A DNA stretch of 64,000 bases, from contig OZ237763.1 in NCBI GenBank assembly GCA_965178125.1, positions 124,001-188,000 on the forward strand, written 5' to 3'. Below, piece by piece: positions 23,590 to 34,647 of the stretch. The stretch is from Bilabrum cf. latius. Taxonomy: Eukaryota. Position 1 is the first letter of the stretch. Each line of letters begins with the position of its first letter. Made by a program: the position numbers and the translations under genes. The notes below the pieces were generated by a model. The model was not told where the DNA came from. It made no database searches and saw nothing but the letters and a program-made list of their open reading frames with translations.

Positions 23590-24525
23590 ATGGCATCTTC
23601 TGGCGCCGGCGGGCTTTTAGGCCCCAAGGCAGATCCGCCACCGTCGCTGATGGGCTTCGACGACGCCCTCCCCATGGAGCCGAACGCAGCAACGGCCCCG
23701 CCTCCCGCAAAGGTGCGAACAGGCAAGGAAGCACAGGTGGATGAGATCTTGAATTCTATTTTGCCACCCAGGTGAGTTGGTTTGTCTATCCAGAATACGA
23801 TCGGCCCGTGGTAGCTGGCGCTAGCTTTTGGAACCGGGCAGAACGCTAGCAATGTAGTCGACAACGGATAAGGCGATTGAAATCTCCTGCAGCCACGTAC
23901 CTTGTGACAATCTATGCCTCTTAAACAAGTAAGTCTTATCTCCGTTTCCTTTGTTTCTTCAAGCCGTCGCAGGATGTGGGAGCAAACCGACGGTTCGGCT
24001 TGGGTGCAGTACGTTTCGAAGGCCCCCGCCGAGCGCGTGGACGTCGACACGCTCGAGGCTGCTTTGGAGCAGAGGCTGATGGAGAGATAGGCGCGAGAAG
24101 GTGGCATTTGCTCCGTGCGAGAAGACCTGTTCCGGCAAGCCTTCGACGAGCTGATTCGGCAGGTGACGCTCAACAGCCCGGAGCGGGGCCTGCTCCTCAT
24201 GCGGGTGAGGGACGAGAGGAGGATGGCGCTCGACGCCTACAAGGCCCTGTTCGAGAGCTCGATCGTGTTCGGGGTGCGCAAGCAGCTTCAAAGCGAGGAG
24301 GGTATGGACAGGATGTCGCTGACGGTGAGGGAGCTGGAGGAGGACAAGAGGCGCCTCGAGGCCAGGGTGCTCCGGCTGAGGCACCAGAAGGACGCGATGG
24401 ACAAGAGGAGGAGGGAGAGGAGGGCACTGGATGCGTCGGCCAGGAAGGAGGAAGTTGACCTGCTGAGGCACGAGAACTAGCAGCTGGAGCAGTTCCTCAG
24501 GTCGCTGCCGGGTGGCAACAAGTGA
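23590..24525 (+). CDS. DNALI1: Axonemal inner-arm dynein light chain p28; exons 23590-23771 and 23973-24525; TAG at 24088 and 24478
   Basis: ILNSILPPR|MW...WVQYVSKAPAERVDV...RLMER*AREGGICSVREDLFRQAFDELIRQVTLNSPERGLLLMRVRDE...LLRHEN*QLEQFL. Ends TGA. Confidence 0.93.
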
Positions 24526-24771
24526 GGGCAGGGCATCGGGAGGCAGGCAGATTGCGTTCTTGCTGTGTCCTTCGGTGCGCTGCAGTGCTGTGCTTGCCCA
24601 TACATGTGTGTTTCAATAGTGCCATGGATCGCATCCGCTCATCGACCAACTCAGCTCAACATCAGTTTTAGGTTTGCTACTCACTAATCAGGACGCTCGC
24701 TGGCCTGTCGAGCTGGTCAGGTCAAGTGCTACTGGTTCGTGGCACTCTGGCCCGGCTCAGGGGCAGCTAGC

Positions 24772-27690
24772 TCACTGCTTGTCCCTGGGACGGACTGGGG
24801 GTGCGCCCTCTGGCCCCGCGAGCTTTCTCGTCGATATGGCTGACATGAGACTCCTCTTGCCCTTGCCTTTTCTCTTCTTGCCCTTGTTGCCACTGCCACC
24901 GCCCTCGCTCTTGCTCTTGTTCTTGCTCTTGTTCTCTCGTTCACCTTCCGCCTTCCCTGTCTTGCCCCCCCCGATTCCCGAGTCTCCTGCCTCCTTCTCC
25001 TTCTCCTTCTCGCTGTCGCTGCCTGCTGGAGACTCCTCTGACCCTGACTCAGAGTCAGACTCGGAGTCAGAATCAAACGAGGACTCCGAGCTCGACCCGC
25101 TGCCTCCCTCCTCTGCCCCTACCTCTTCCTCCGTTGGGGGCCCCGCCCCCTTGCCGCCCGCCCCACCCTCGGAGCCTCCGACCCCTTCCTGCCCCCTATC
25201 CTGCCCCTTCCCATCGTCACCGCCACTGTCGTCGCTTTCTCCCGCGGGCCCTCCGTCCTCCAGCTGCAGGTCTGCCAGCCCAAGCCGAGCCAGCACGGCC
25301 TGCCGAGTGCGATCCTTGCCTGCCGCCGTCGTCCCTCCCTTTCGCTTCTCCTTCTCCTTCTCCTTTTCCTTTCGCTTCTTCTGCCTCCTTGCGCTTGCGC
25401 TTCCCTTGCTGCCCCTGCCCCAGCCCCAGCTCAGCGCCTCTTTCCTCTTCCTCTCCGCCTCTGTTCCCTCGTCCTCCTCCTCCTCGCTCTCGTCCTCATA
25501 CACGTCCACACCCACACCCGTGTCCCCTGCAGTCACGCTCCCGCTCCCCCTCCCGCTCCCCCTGTGCTCCCAGACCCCTGCCTCTTCCGCCTCATGGGCA
25601 CCGCCTGCAGCATATCTGCTCCCCGACGCAGGACCCACCCGAATCGCAGCAGCCCCCGCTGCTGCACCACCATGCGATGCACCTTCGACCCCCCCGCCCC
25701 TAGTTTTCCTCCTCGTTCTCCTGCCGCCCGATGACCCGGCCGGGCCGCCAGCGCCCCCCCCCATCCTGGAACCCCCCCCTTCCTTATCCCCCCGCTCCAG
25801 CTCTTTCGAGACGTCCACGGGCACGCAGTGGTTGCACAGCACGTACCCGCCGCAGCAGGGGTCGCTCCTGTACCTCTCGCACCCGCACTGGGGGAACCAG
25901 CACCAGAGAACAACGCAGGGGACGGGCTCCGGATCCTCGGGGTCCCGCCGGTACTCGATGATCTATGCCACGAGGAGCGCCAGCAGCAGCGGGGCGTATA
26001 GCAAGAACAGGATCGATAGCACCGCGGTCAGTGTGGCCAGCCCTGCCTCGGCGGCCCCGCACCCATCGTCCTCCTCCTCCTGCTCCTGCTCCCCCTTGTC
26101 CACACCGAGCACCAGAGAGAACGCCAGAGCCACCCCGTATATGCTCCACCCGAACTTGCCCGCGCCAGCTGCTCCGGCCAGGTACGCCACCCACGTCCCC
26201 CCGTGCAGAGCCCAGTGAGCAAAGGCACCTGCGGCCAAGGACCAAGCCAGTAGCCCGATCAGCCCAGAGGTGAACACCCAGACGGATGCAGGGCATTGCG
26301 GCGAATCGTCCAGGGGAGTCGCAACGGACACGCTGTCTGACGTGCCGTTGTTCCCTAAGATATCTCCCTGCCCTTGCTCCCCCACACCCGCCGCGCCGCT
26401 CTCATCCCCATCCCCATCCTCGCCCCCACTGCTGCCGCCCAGCAGCAGCCCCGCCTGTGAGAGGGAAGCCGCCCCCAGCACCACCATCGTGATGTTGAGG
26501 AGGGAACACAGCAGCCCAGACGCCGCGCCCCCGTACAGCAGCAACCCCCCGTCGCTGCACATCGGTTGCAACCACGACTCGAGGCACGAGGGGGCGTCCT
26601 CCTGCACCGCGGGCGCCTCGCAGCAACGCACCCCGCAGCACTCGCACTCGTCACACCACCCGAGACAGTCCAGGCACCCGCACGTCGCCCGGCAGACCCG
26701 ACACGGAGCCAGCCAGCAGGAGCCCTCATCGCACTCGTCACACTCGAAATCGCCGCAGCAGCCGCACCCTGCGTCCGGTGTGGCGTACTTGACACCAGGA
26801 TCCGGAAGGGGGCGTCGATGGGGCGTGTTGTTACCCATATCGTGCATAAAACGCCGCGAGCGCGCGGGGGCAAGCCCGTGGGGCATTGTAGCGTGCACAT
26901 TGGCAGCCCTGCTCCCTGCGGATCCCTCCCGCCCCTGCCTTCCCACCCCAGTTGCGGGGCGCTGCCGTTGAAACCGCAAGGTCGCCGAACGTTCGCTGTC
27001 CCGACGGAACCCGCTAGCCCACGTGGAGTCTCTGGCACTTGGTGTGGGCGCGATGGCACGGCTCGAGGCCGCCGCGAGCGAAGCAATTGCTCCCGAGTTG
27101 GTAGCAATCGGTCCCGGTGCCATGGGCTACAGCATGCTCGACATACCCCGCACTAACGGGGGCCGTCCCCTGGGATTTCCCCTGGCTCTGCCATGGGAGG
27201 AGGAGGAGGAGGCCTCCGGCAGGTTTGGTCCAGCGACAGGCAAACCGAGCGGACCGGGCTTTCCGGCGCGTCGGATGCTCCTCTGCCCCAGTGGAACTCG
27301 CTGATTCAACATCGTGGGTACACCTGCGCGGCGATGCGGCGGGTTTCCTTTGGACGGTCCTTCGGGGTTACCGGGCTTTGCTTCGTCTAGCCCTTCAGCC
27401 GTTCCGGGTTGCTTCTGGTCCTGAGGGGAGAAATGGGCTGGCTGGCTTGCGGATACGGCGGAACCATCGCTTTGTATACTGGCCACTGATGTGCTGCGGC
27501 TTCGAATGCGAGGCGGCGCCGGCTTAGTGGGAGGCTTTTTCAATGCCACCTTGACGCTGGTCGGCTAGCCGTTCGGGCCCGGGGACACTTGACGACCTTT
27601 CCCCGAGGGCTCCAGTGCCGGAGGATCCGTTTCATCGTCTTCAAATACAATAATATCGTCTGGTTCAGTCGCTAGCTCCTTGCTTGCCAT
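24772..27690 (-). CDS. Hypothetical membrane protein, about 970 aa, Cys-rich segments flanking about 4 TM helices, low-complexity acidic/basic tail; TAG at 27565, 27127, 25963
   Basis: ORFs 27127-27549, 25963-27123 and 24772-25842 are all in frame with ATG 27690 and joined by TAGs. Ends TGA. Confidence 0.65.
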
Positions 27691-27965
27691 TGCTTTGAAA
27701 CTACGCGTCTTGCTTGCAGGCCCTTGCAGTTACCCTTGGCTGCCGTTCACCAGCAGGTTTGCGCTCCTCTTAGTGCAAATCACCAGTAATGTGATATAGA
27801 TGTTTAGTACAAGTAGATGCCCAGCTTGCTGTCCAGGTAGCTGTCTCGAGATGTGTTCGGATGGGAGCGCGCGAGGAGTCCGAAGACGATCGGGCGTGCG
27901 ACCTCCTGGTGCGAAACCGCACGCAACCAAGCGCCAGGTGCTCCTTTCTGCAATCAAACTGAGAC

Positions 27966-30002
27966 ATGAGTGGATTACCGCCTGGATATGAGTAGTTTGC
28001 TGGTAATTATCCCGCGTATGGACAATACCACTCCAGCGCTGCTGGGGCTGGTTCGTTTGGGTTGCCATCGCAGGCCAGCACCCAGCAAGCACGCCTCGCT
28101 GCTGCAACTGGTAATTTGCCCGGCCTTTCCATCGTTCCAGGCGGAATGTGGAGCTCTGGCTTAGGGAATCAATTTCAGGCAAGATCAGGGCTCAAGCGAC
28201 CCCATCCGGGTTGGGGAATGCAGGCAACTGGGCCGCAAATGCTGAATAGAGCACAGTTCGGAGCATCCTCAGGCGGACCCCAAGCCAGGGCATATCAGCA
28301 GTAGTATCCCCAGTCTGCTGCGCCGCAACTTCCACCCGGAGTATAGCCACCTTTGCATAAGCGCACCCGAGCCGGTGCTTGGAGCTCTGGCGGATCTGGG
28401 CTGCCCCCGGGCGTCCAGCCTGGCCCGCGACATGCGATGGCTGGGGGCGGCAGGGGCTCCCACGCGCCCGCGTTTGCGCATCATGGAACGCGCCAATTTA
28501 ACAATGATCTAGGGCGCGGGGGTGGGCGGGGCAGAGGCAGAGGCAGGGGCAGAGGCAGAGGCAGAGGCAGGGGCAGGGGCGGGATGTGCCAAGGCGAGCG
28601 CGATGGCGGGCGGACACAGGTCTCCAGGCCTACTGTAGGTGCAGCTCACGGTGCAGGTGCACTGCATGGTAGTTCGCTCACGGGTAGTCTGATTAGAGGT
28701 ACCAAATTTAGCAGCAGCAGCAGTGCCAGTGCCAGTGCCAGTGCCAGTGCCAGTGCCAGTGCCAGTGCCAGTGCCAGTGCCAGTGCCAGTGCCACAGGTG
28801 GTCCCCCCCTCACATCCAAGCACCAAACGGTTGCAACCGCTCCCAGCACCTCCACCTCCACCTCCACCTCCGCCTCGTCTTCCCAATCCTTCGAGCTGCC
28901 CCGCTCGCTCAAGGACATCATACCTGCCAAGTACAGGGAAGCACACGCGCTGGCGGGAGACTCGCCCGACGCGATCAACAAGTGGATCCAGGAGAGGAGG
29001 AAGAGACACCCCGCGGGTGCGAGCGGGAAGAAGCGGGCCGAGGAGGCGCAGAGGATGGAGGCCAGGGGGGAGGGCAAGGCAGCGGAGAACAGGCACGGAG
29101 CCAGGCGCATCCCGGGGCCTCCGGCGCTGAGGGGGTCCGGGGCAGAGGCCGGGAGTGGCGGTTCGCGGGGTCGCGGCGGGGGCAGGGGGCGTGAAGGACG
29201 GGGCAGAGGCAGAGGCAGAGGCAGGGGCAAGGGCAGAGGGGGGGGGCGGGGCAGGGGGGCAGCCAGGCCGGGATAGGGGGCTCCGCTGCGAGCCGCGGGG
29301 GGTCTGCTTGCCCGTTTGCTTCGGCGTGAGAGGGAGCGGGAGACGAGCGCTCTGCTGCAGATCGTGCGAAGGTTCGTGAAGGAGGGGTTCTACTGCGGGG
29401 TGGACACGGGGGTCTCGGAGGACGAAGACGAGGACGAGGGCGAGGACGAGGGCGGGACTGGCGACAGCGATTCCAGCTCCGCTTCGGGCAGTAACAGCGA
29501 GACGGATACCTCTGACAGCGATTCCGATTCCGATTCCGATTCCGATTCCGATTCCGATTCCGACAGCGATACTGACAGTAACAGTGAAAGTGGTGAGGCT
29601 GCTGGGAGTGGAGACTCTGGCAAGATCACGCCAGGTGGTGCACCGCCAGGCAAGACCGAGACTTCCACTAGTAGCCGTGTCCCGGGAGAGTCGGGGGTGC
29701 AATCCGCGTCCGACAAGACACACGGAAGCGACAAATAGGACGGTCTAGATGCCAAGGAGGCGGCGGCGAGGCTAGGTCAAGCCATGAGTGTCCTTGGGTT
29801 TTAGTACGTGTCGTCAGGAGACGAAGATGACGAGGATGACGAGGGAAAAGCAAGCAATGGGGACGGCGAGGAGCCGACGGGCACAGCATCTGAGGCTCAC
29901 CAAGCGGTGGGGATGGCTGCAGGGCCAGAAGAAGCCAGCGCCGTTGGCTTGCCCGGTGCTGATGCGGCATCGGGAGGATCGGAGCAGCTGCCGCCCAACT
30001 GA
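27966..30002 (+). CDS. NUFIP1: NUFIP1/Rsa1-like box C/D snoRNP assembly factor; 6 in-frame TAG (27993, 28302, 28344, 29274, 29736, 29802)
   Basis: DSPDAINKWIQERRKRHP resembles the NUFIP1 PEP motif, and LLARLLRRERERETSALLQIVRRFVKEGFY resembles its C-terminal motif. RG repeats. One frame from ATG 27966 to TGA 30000-30002. Confidence 0.7.
28722..28793 (+). repeat. (AGTGCC)n coding microsatellite (Ser-Ala repeat); a similar (GATTCC)n Asp-Ser run lies at about 29520-29561
   Basis: Directly visible. Confidence 0.9.
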
Positions 30003-30113
30003 GCTGTGAAGCAGTATCAACTCACCAGAATCGAGTGCCATCGCTCAATTGAGCTAAGCGAAGCAGTATTTACTCACCAGAATCGAGTGCCATCGACCGC
30101 GCCCTGTGCCGTA

Positions 30114-31790
30114 TCACAGACCGGCCCTCAGTCCCTGCCGGCCCTGCGGCGCAGTGCAATGCACCTTCCTGCCCCCGGCATCCCCCGCCGGTGCCTTCCT
30201 CGCCCGGGGCGCCACGCGGGTCACCTCCAGGGGCCGCCTGCCGCCGCAGTGCGATGCACCTCGCCCAGGGGAGCGAGCCCTCCCCACGCTCCCTTCTTTG
30301 CCCCTCCTGGCCGGAGACACCCCCTCTCGCCCTTCCCCCCCTCCTCTTGTTCCTCGTTCTCCCACTCCCATGTCGCTGGCTTCTTTCCACATGTCTTCGA
30401 ACTCCCGAAGGAACCTGCCAGCCGCGTGTCCGCCGCCGCCCGTCAGCACCACGGCGTTCTCCCTGTTCCGCTTCCAGCCCTGGCGCGTGAAGTTCAGCGA
30501 TCCAGTCAGCACGCCCGCGTCCCCGTCAATGACGATGAACTTGTTGTGCATCAGGTACTGTCCCACGCTGCCCTCCTCCACGGCCCGCGATTCTGCGCAC
30601 GGTGTCACGGGTCGCACTCGCCCCCGCACTGGGGACGGAGAGCGGCCTCTTGCGGTCCCACGCCCCCGGGATCGAGACCGGGAGACGCTCCTCGCCCGCC
30701 CTAGCCGGGTCGTGTACCCCAGCTCCCGCACCTGAAGCCCGCCGCTCCTCTCACTCGTCACACCGCCTCCACTCCCGAATCCGCCCTCTCTCCCGATCCG
30801 CAGCATCCGCGCAGCCTCGGAGCTCTTGGTCTGCTCCCCGTTCTCGCAGTGCACCACCACGCGGACCAGGACCCCGCGCCCTGCCGCGTCCATGAGTGCG
30901 TCGGCGATGCGCCGCTCCGTGAAGGAGAAGGCAGCCACATCCACACTCCTCCTCGCCCCTCGGATCAGCCCCAGCACCTGCTCGAAGGCCTCCTCCGACG
31001 GGAAAAAGAGGCAGCTGGCCCGGAGCGGCCCCGCCGCGCCCAGCGCGATGGGCTCCTCGGAGGCACCGCAGTGCGCTGCATCATAGCTGTCCAGCGTGCT
31101 CCGCTGCGGACTAGGCACTTTCTTGCTGCCTATTGCTTTCGAAGCTTCCTTCTTTCGTTCCCTGACCCTCTTCGCGTGGCCCTCCGTGATGCCCTTCCCG
31201 CTGCCCTTGGTGCACGCGGCGATGGCGACAGTCGCGGCTCCTCGGCCCAGTACGGAGCAGCACCTCCCTGCCAGTACCAGCGAGCTGGCGCCTGCTGATA
31301 AACATACCTTTGTCGCGCTGCCAGACGCTCCTGCGGCGCCGGCAGTGACAGTGGTGCTGCCACTGCCAGTGCCTGCAGCCGCCCGGAAGCAGGAAGACCA
31401 CGAAGAGCAGGCAGACGGCTGCTGAGCCTCGCCTCCCCATTCTGCGGGCTATTTGGTGTGGTTATTCTCGCTTGTATAATACTGTTTATGGCCTGACGAA
31501 TCAATCGCCTTTGCCCCTCCGGACTCGTGAGGAGGTCCCCACCGTGACTGGGACTGCGGCTGGACGGCGCTTTCTCGATAGTGCCCATACCCAGCACTGC
31601 CTGACCCGGTATATTTTGCACCAAAGCCCTGCTCAGATCGCATCAAGCATGGGGCCGCTGCTGGGCTAGTAGCTCTATTCCTGTGCTTGGATCTGCTCTT
31701 CGACCGGCTTGCTCTCCCTCTACTCTGCGACCGCGCAGATGCTTGTGCATCGCGCCTTCGTCGACGCGCAGACTTACTTCTAGATCCCAT
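30114..31790 (-). CDS. Single-HKD phospholipase D/nuclease (MitoPLD/Zucchini/Nuc-like); 5' end uncertain; TAG at 31449
   Basis: ARRSVDVAAFSFTERRIADALMDAAGRGVLVRVV...MHNKFIVIDGDAGVLTGSLNFTRQGWKRNREN. ORF 31449-31790 is in frame across a TAG. Ends TGA. Confidence 0.75.
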
Positions 31791-32094
31791 ATTTATTTTG
31801 ACAGGGCACTTCTTGGGAAGATCTGCAACTATGTGCAGATTATTTGGTCTTCACGATTGGCGCGCCAACGAACTGCAACTGCAGATTGGTGTGATGAGTG
31901 CGATTGACCATCGTCGGCGCTGCGGCGCAACACACCCGGAAATGTTCGTGCGTTGTACGTTGTGCTTAAGAACTATTGGTGAGCCTGTGTAGCTTCCATT
32001 CCGACTATGCTTTCCTTTCTTTTCAGTTGGGAGCACCCGCACGCACGCGCCTCGAGGGAGGCAGGTGCAAGACGACCCCAGGACCGGCCCCGTG

Positions 32095-34508
32095 TTACCT
32101 AGACCCAGCGCCAGCCCCTTTGCCAACGCCCGCACCCGCACCCGCACCCGCACCCGCGCTCTCCTCCCCTCCTTGCCCCTCCCCCCCCTGTGGCCCTTCG
32201 TCCCCGTACACCTTCATGTCCGTGATGCCCAGGTCATCGTCCTCCTGCTGCGTCCTGTCATACCTCACCTGCACCAGCCGAGGATCCGCCCACCCGGGTC
32301 CCTCCTCCCCGTGCCCCTCCATCTCCATGTCCTTGCCCCCCTTCGGCGCTCCACTCGCCGGACCCTCCTCCCCACTGGCGCGAGCCGCGGCGATCCGCCG
32401 AGCCGCCGCCTCTTCCTAATAGGGCGAGTGCACCCACGAGTTGGCCATGGGGTCGATCACGCGCAGCTCGAAGGGCTCCTTGCCCTGGGCGAGGCCCTTC
32501 AGGCGACCCAGGAACCGCATCAGGTTGCTGCTCTTGGCGCGGTCAGCGGAATCGAAGCTGGCAGACTGGAAGGGGTTGCTGCTGTCGAGCTGCTCTGCGA
32601 TCTTCTCTAGCAACCCCTCCACGGTGGTGTACAGCCCGCCCAAAGTGCCGTGCTGCATCACGAGCCCAACGTCTGGCACCTCCACCAGCGCGGTGTCGCT
32701 CTTGATGACGTCCCTGCCCAGGTCAAGCTTGACGGCCTCGCCCACACTCATGGGCGTGCCGTCGGGGGCCAGTGGGGATCCAACCCGGGAGTCCAGGAGC
32801 TCAGCCAGACCCGCTACCGCGTCCGCTGCGGAACCGGCCGCCATGGCTGCCGCGGCGCCGAGCGGAGCCTCCGCCCCCGCGCCCCCCGAGGCCGCCTTGG
32901 CTGCCTCCTCCCGCGCCTTGGCCGCCGCCTCCGTCACCGCCCTGGCCCTGCGGACAGCCTCCTCCCCGCCCACGTACAGCACCTGCCTCGTGCCCTAGGC
33001 AGGGATGGCCCCGCCTCCCTTCACCTCCACCTCCCGGAACCCGCACTCGTCACACAGCATGGCCATGAGGATGACCTCCTTGAAGTGCGGCACGTCGGTC
33101 ACGCACATCTTGACGCGCACGTCCACGCCGCAGCTGGGGCAGGCGGACGGAAACGCCATGAGCTCCTTGGCCTCGGTCGTGCGGGAGCTGTCGAACACGA
33201 GGGCCTCCCAGCCGCTACCCTTGTTCCCTGAGGCCGTGGCGCGCGCGCGGTCCGTCTCCCCCCGGATGTTTCCTCCCGTCTTGTACCCCGACCCGGAGCC
33301 GCCCTCCCCGGTTGTAACCGCCTAGCTCCCCCGCATCAGCCGGGTGTCCCCCTCGATGTCGTCCTCGCCGCCATCGCCATCGCCCTCTCCCTCCCCGTGT
33401 TCCCCCGCGCCCCCGGCCCCGCCCGATGGTCTCTCCTGCGCCGCGCCTCCCTCCGGATTCAGCCCCGCACGCAGCATTTGTTCCCTGGACCTCCGATAGA
33501 AGGCCGCCTTGAGCCCCGGGTCGGGCGCGGGTGCCCCCGGGTTCTCCACGAAGCTGTTCCCCGTGATGTCGTCCAGCTGCAGCTTGGTGGGGAGGGCCCC
33601 TTCCTCGGCGGTGGCGATGGCCCTGAGGCGGTCGATCATCGACCCCACGGTGTCTGCGAGCGCAGGGTCCATGGCCCGGCGGACCGGCTGCTGTTCCTCG
33701 AGAGTCGAGGCGGCCGTGGTCAGGAGCCCCTCCACGGTGGTGAAGACGCCCTTCTGGGTGTTGGCTGGGATCTCGAAGGAGAGGGAGGGGATGGTGACCA
33801 CTGCCTTGTCGCCCTTGATAATCTGGCGGTCCAGGTCCTGCGGAGAGCGGCGGGCGGGATCGATGGAAAAGCGTGGAATGGAAGATAGCACGAAGTGCAG
33901 CGGCGCTCGGAAACAATCAAAAACCGGCGGCTTGGTTTCTCTTGGGTTGCTCAAGAGGGGCGGGATAGTTCCGCGCCTACCCTCCCATGATAGCTTGAAC
34001 GAATTCGCGCAGCTTTGTGGTGCTTGGATGCTGGTAAGCGACACGGCATAGGAGAGCAGCGCGAACAACCGTCGCGATGCAAATATTCTTGCCTTACATC
34101 CTTCGTGCGAATGGTCAGCTCGTACCGACACCCTTTCTCTTGGACTTCAGCGCTTTGAACCTCAGACGATCTGAATCCACACTCCTCGCACTTGAATGCC
34201 ATGAGAATTACGTCGCGAAAAAATGGAATCCGAGTGGGCATCACGCTTGTGATCCCATCGTCGCCACATTGCTGGCACAAAGACTTAAGCCGCATCACTC
34301 CATCCTCATTCGGATCGAATTCGAGTACGCCAGGCGAAGCTCCGGCACCCTCAGGTGCCTCCTCGTTACTGCCGGCAGCTGCAGATGAAGGGGCCGTGGA
34401 GTCGCCAGCGGACCCGGCAGAAGCACCGGCCTCAGATGACACTCGCGATGTTGCCAATTCTCCAATATCTCTAAACACTTCTTCCTGCCCATCGCCACTA
34501 GAAGCCAT
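32095..34508 (-). CDS. ZPR1: Zinc finger protein ZPR1; exons 34508-34098 and 33837-32095; TAG at 33322, 32995, 32416
   Basis: Two C4 zinc fingers (CQQC..IPFFRDVILMAFKCEECG; CPSC..VPHFKEVILMAMLCDECG), each with an A/B domain (TTVEGLL). The conserved C-terminal DPRLVQVRYDRTQQEDDDLGITDMK lies after the third TAG. First non-TAG stop is TAA at 32095-32097. Confidence 0.93.
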
Positions 34509-34647
34509 CGTTTCGCTGGCAGACACTGAAAAAGGTCTCACCAAGGTGTTCCTCTTCGGTGTGACGACTACATACGGTTGCAACCGGCTCCCGCCACCAG
34601 GGATCTCCTCGTGTGTGCCATTCGGTCCAACAGCCAGTCTACAGGGG

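Noticed and set aside
30000-30095. Imperfect tandem duplication of about 50 nt (gaagcagtat...ctcaccagaatcgagtgccatcg) between convergent gene ends
   Set aside because: It looks like a local duplication in 3' UTR sequence, with no evidence of function.
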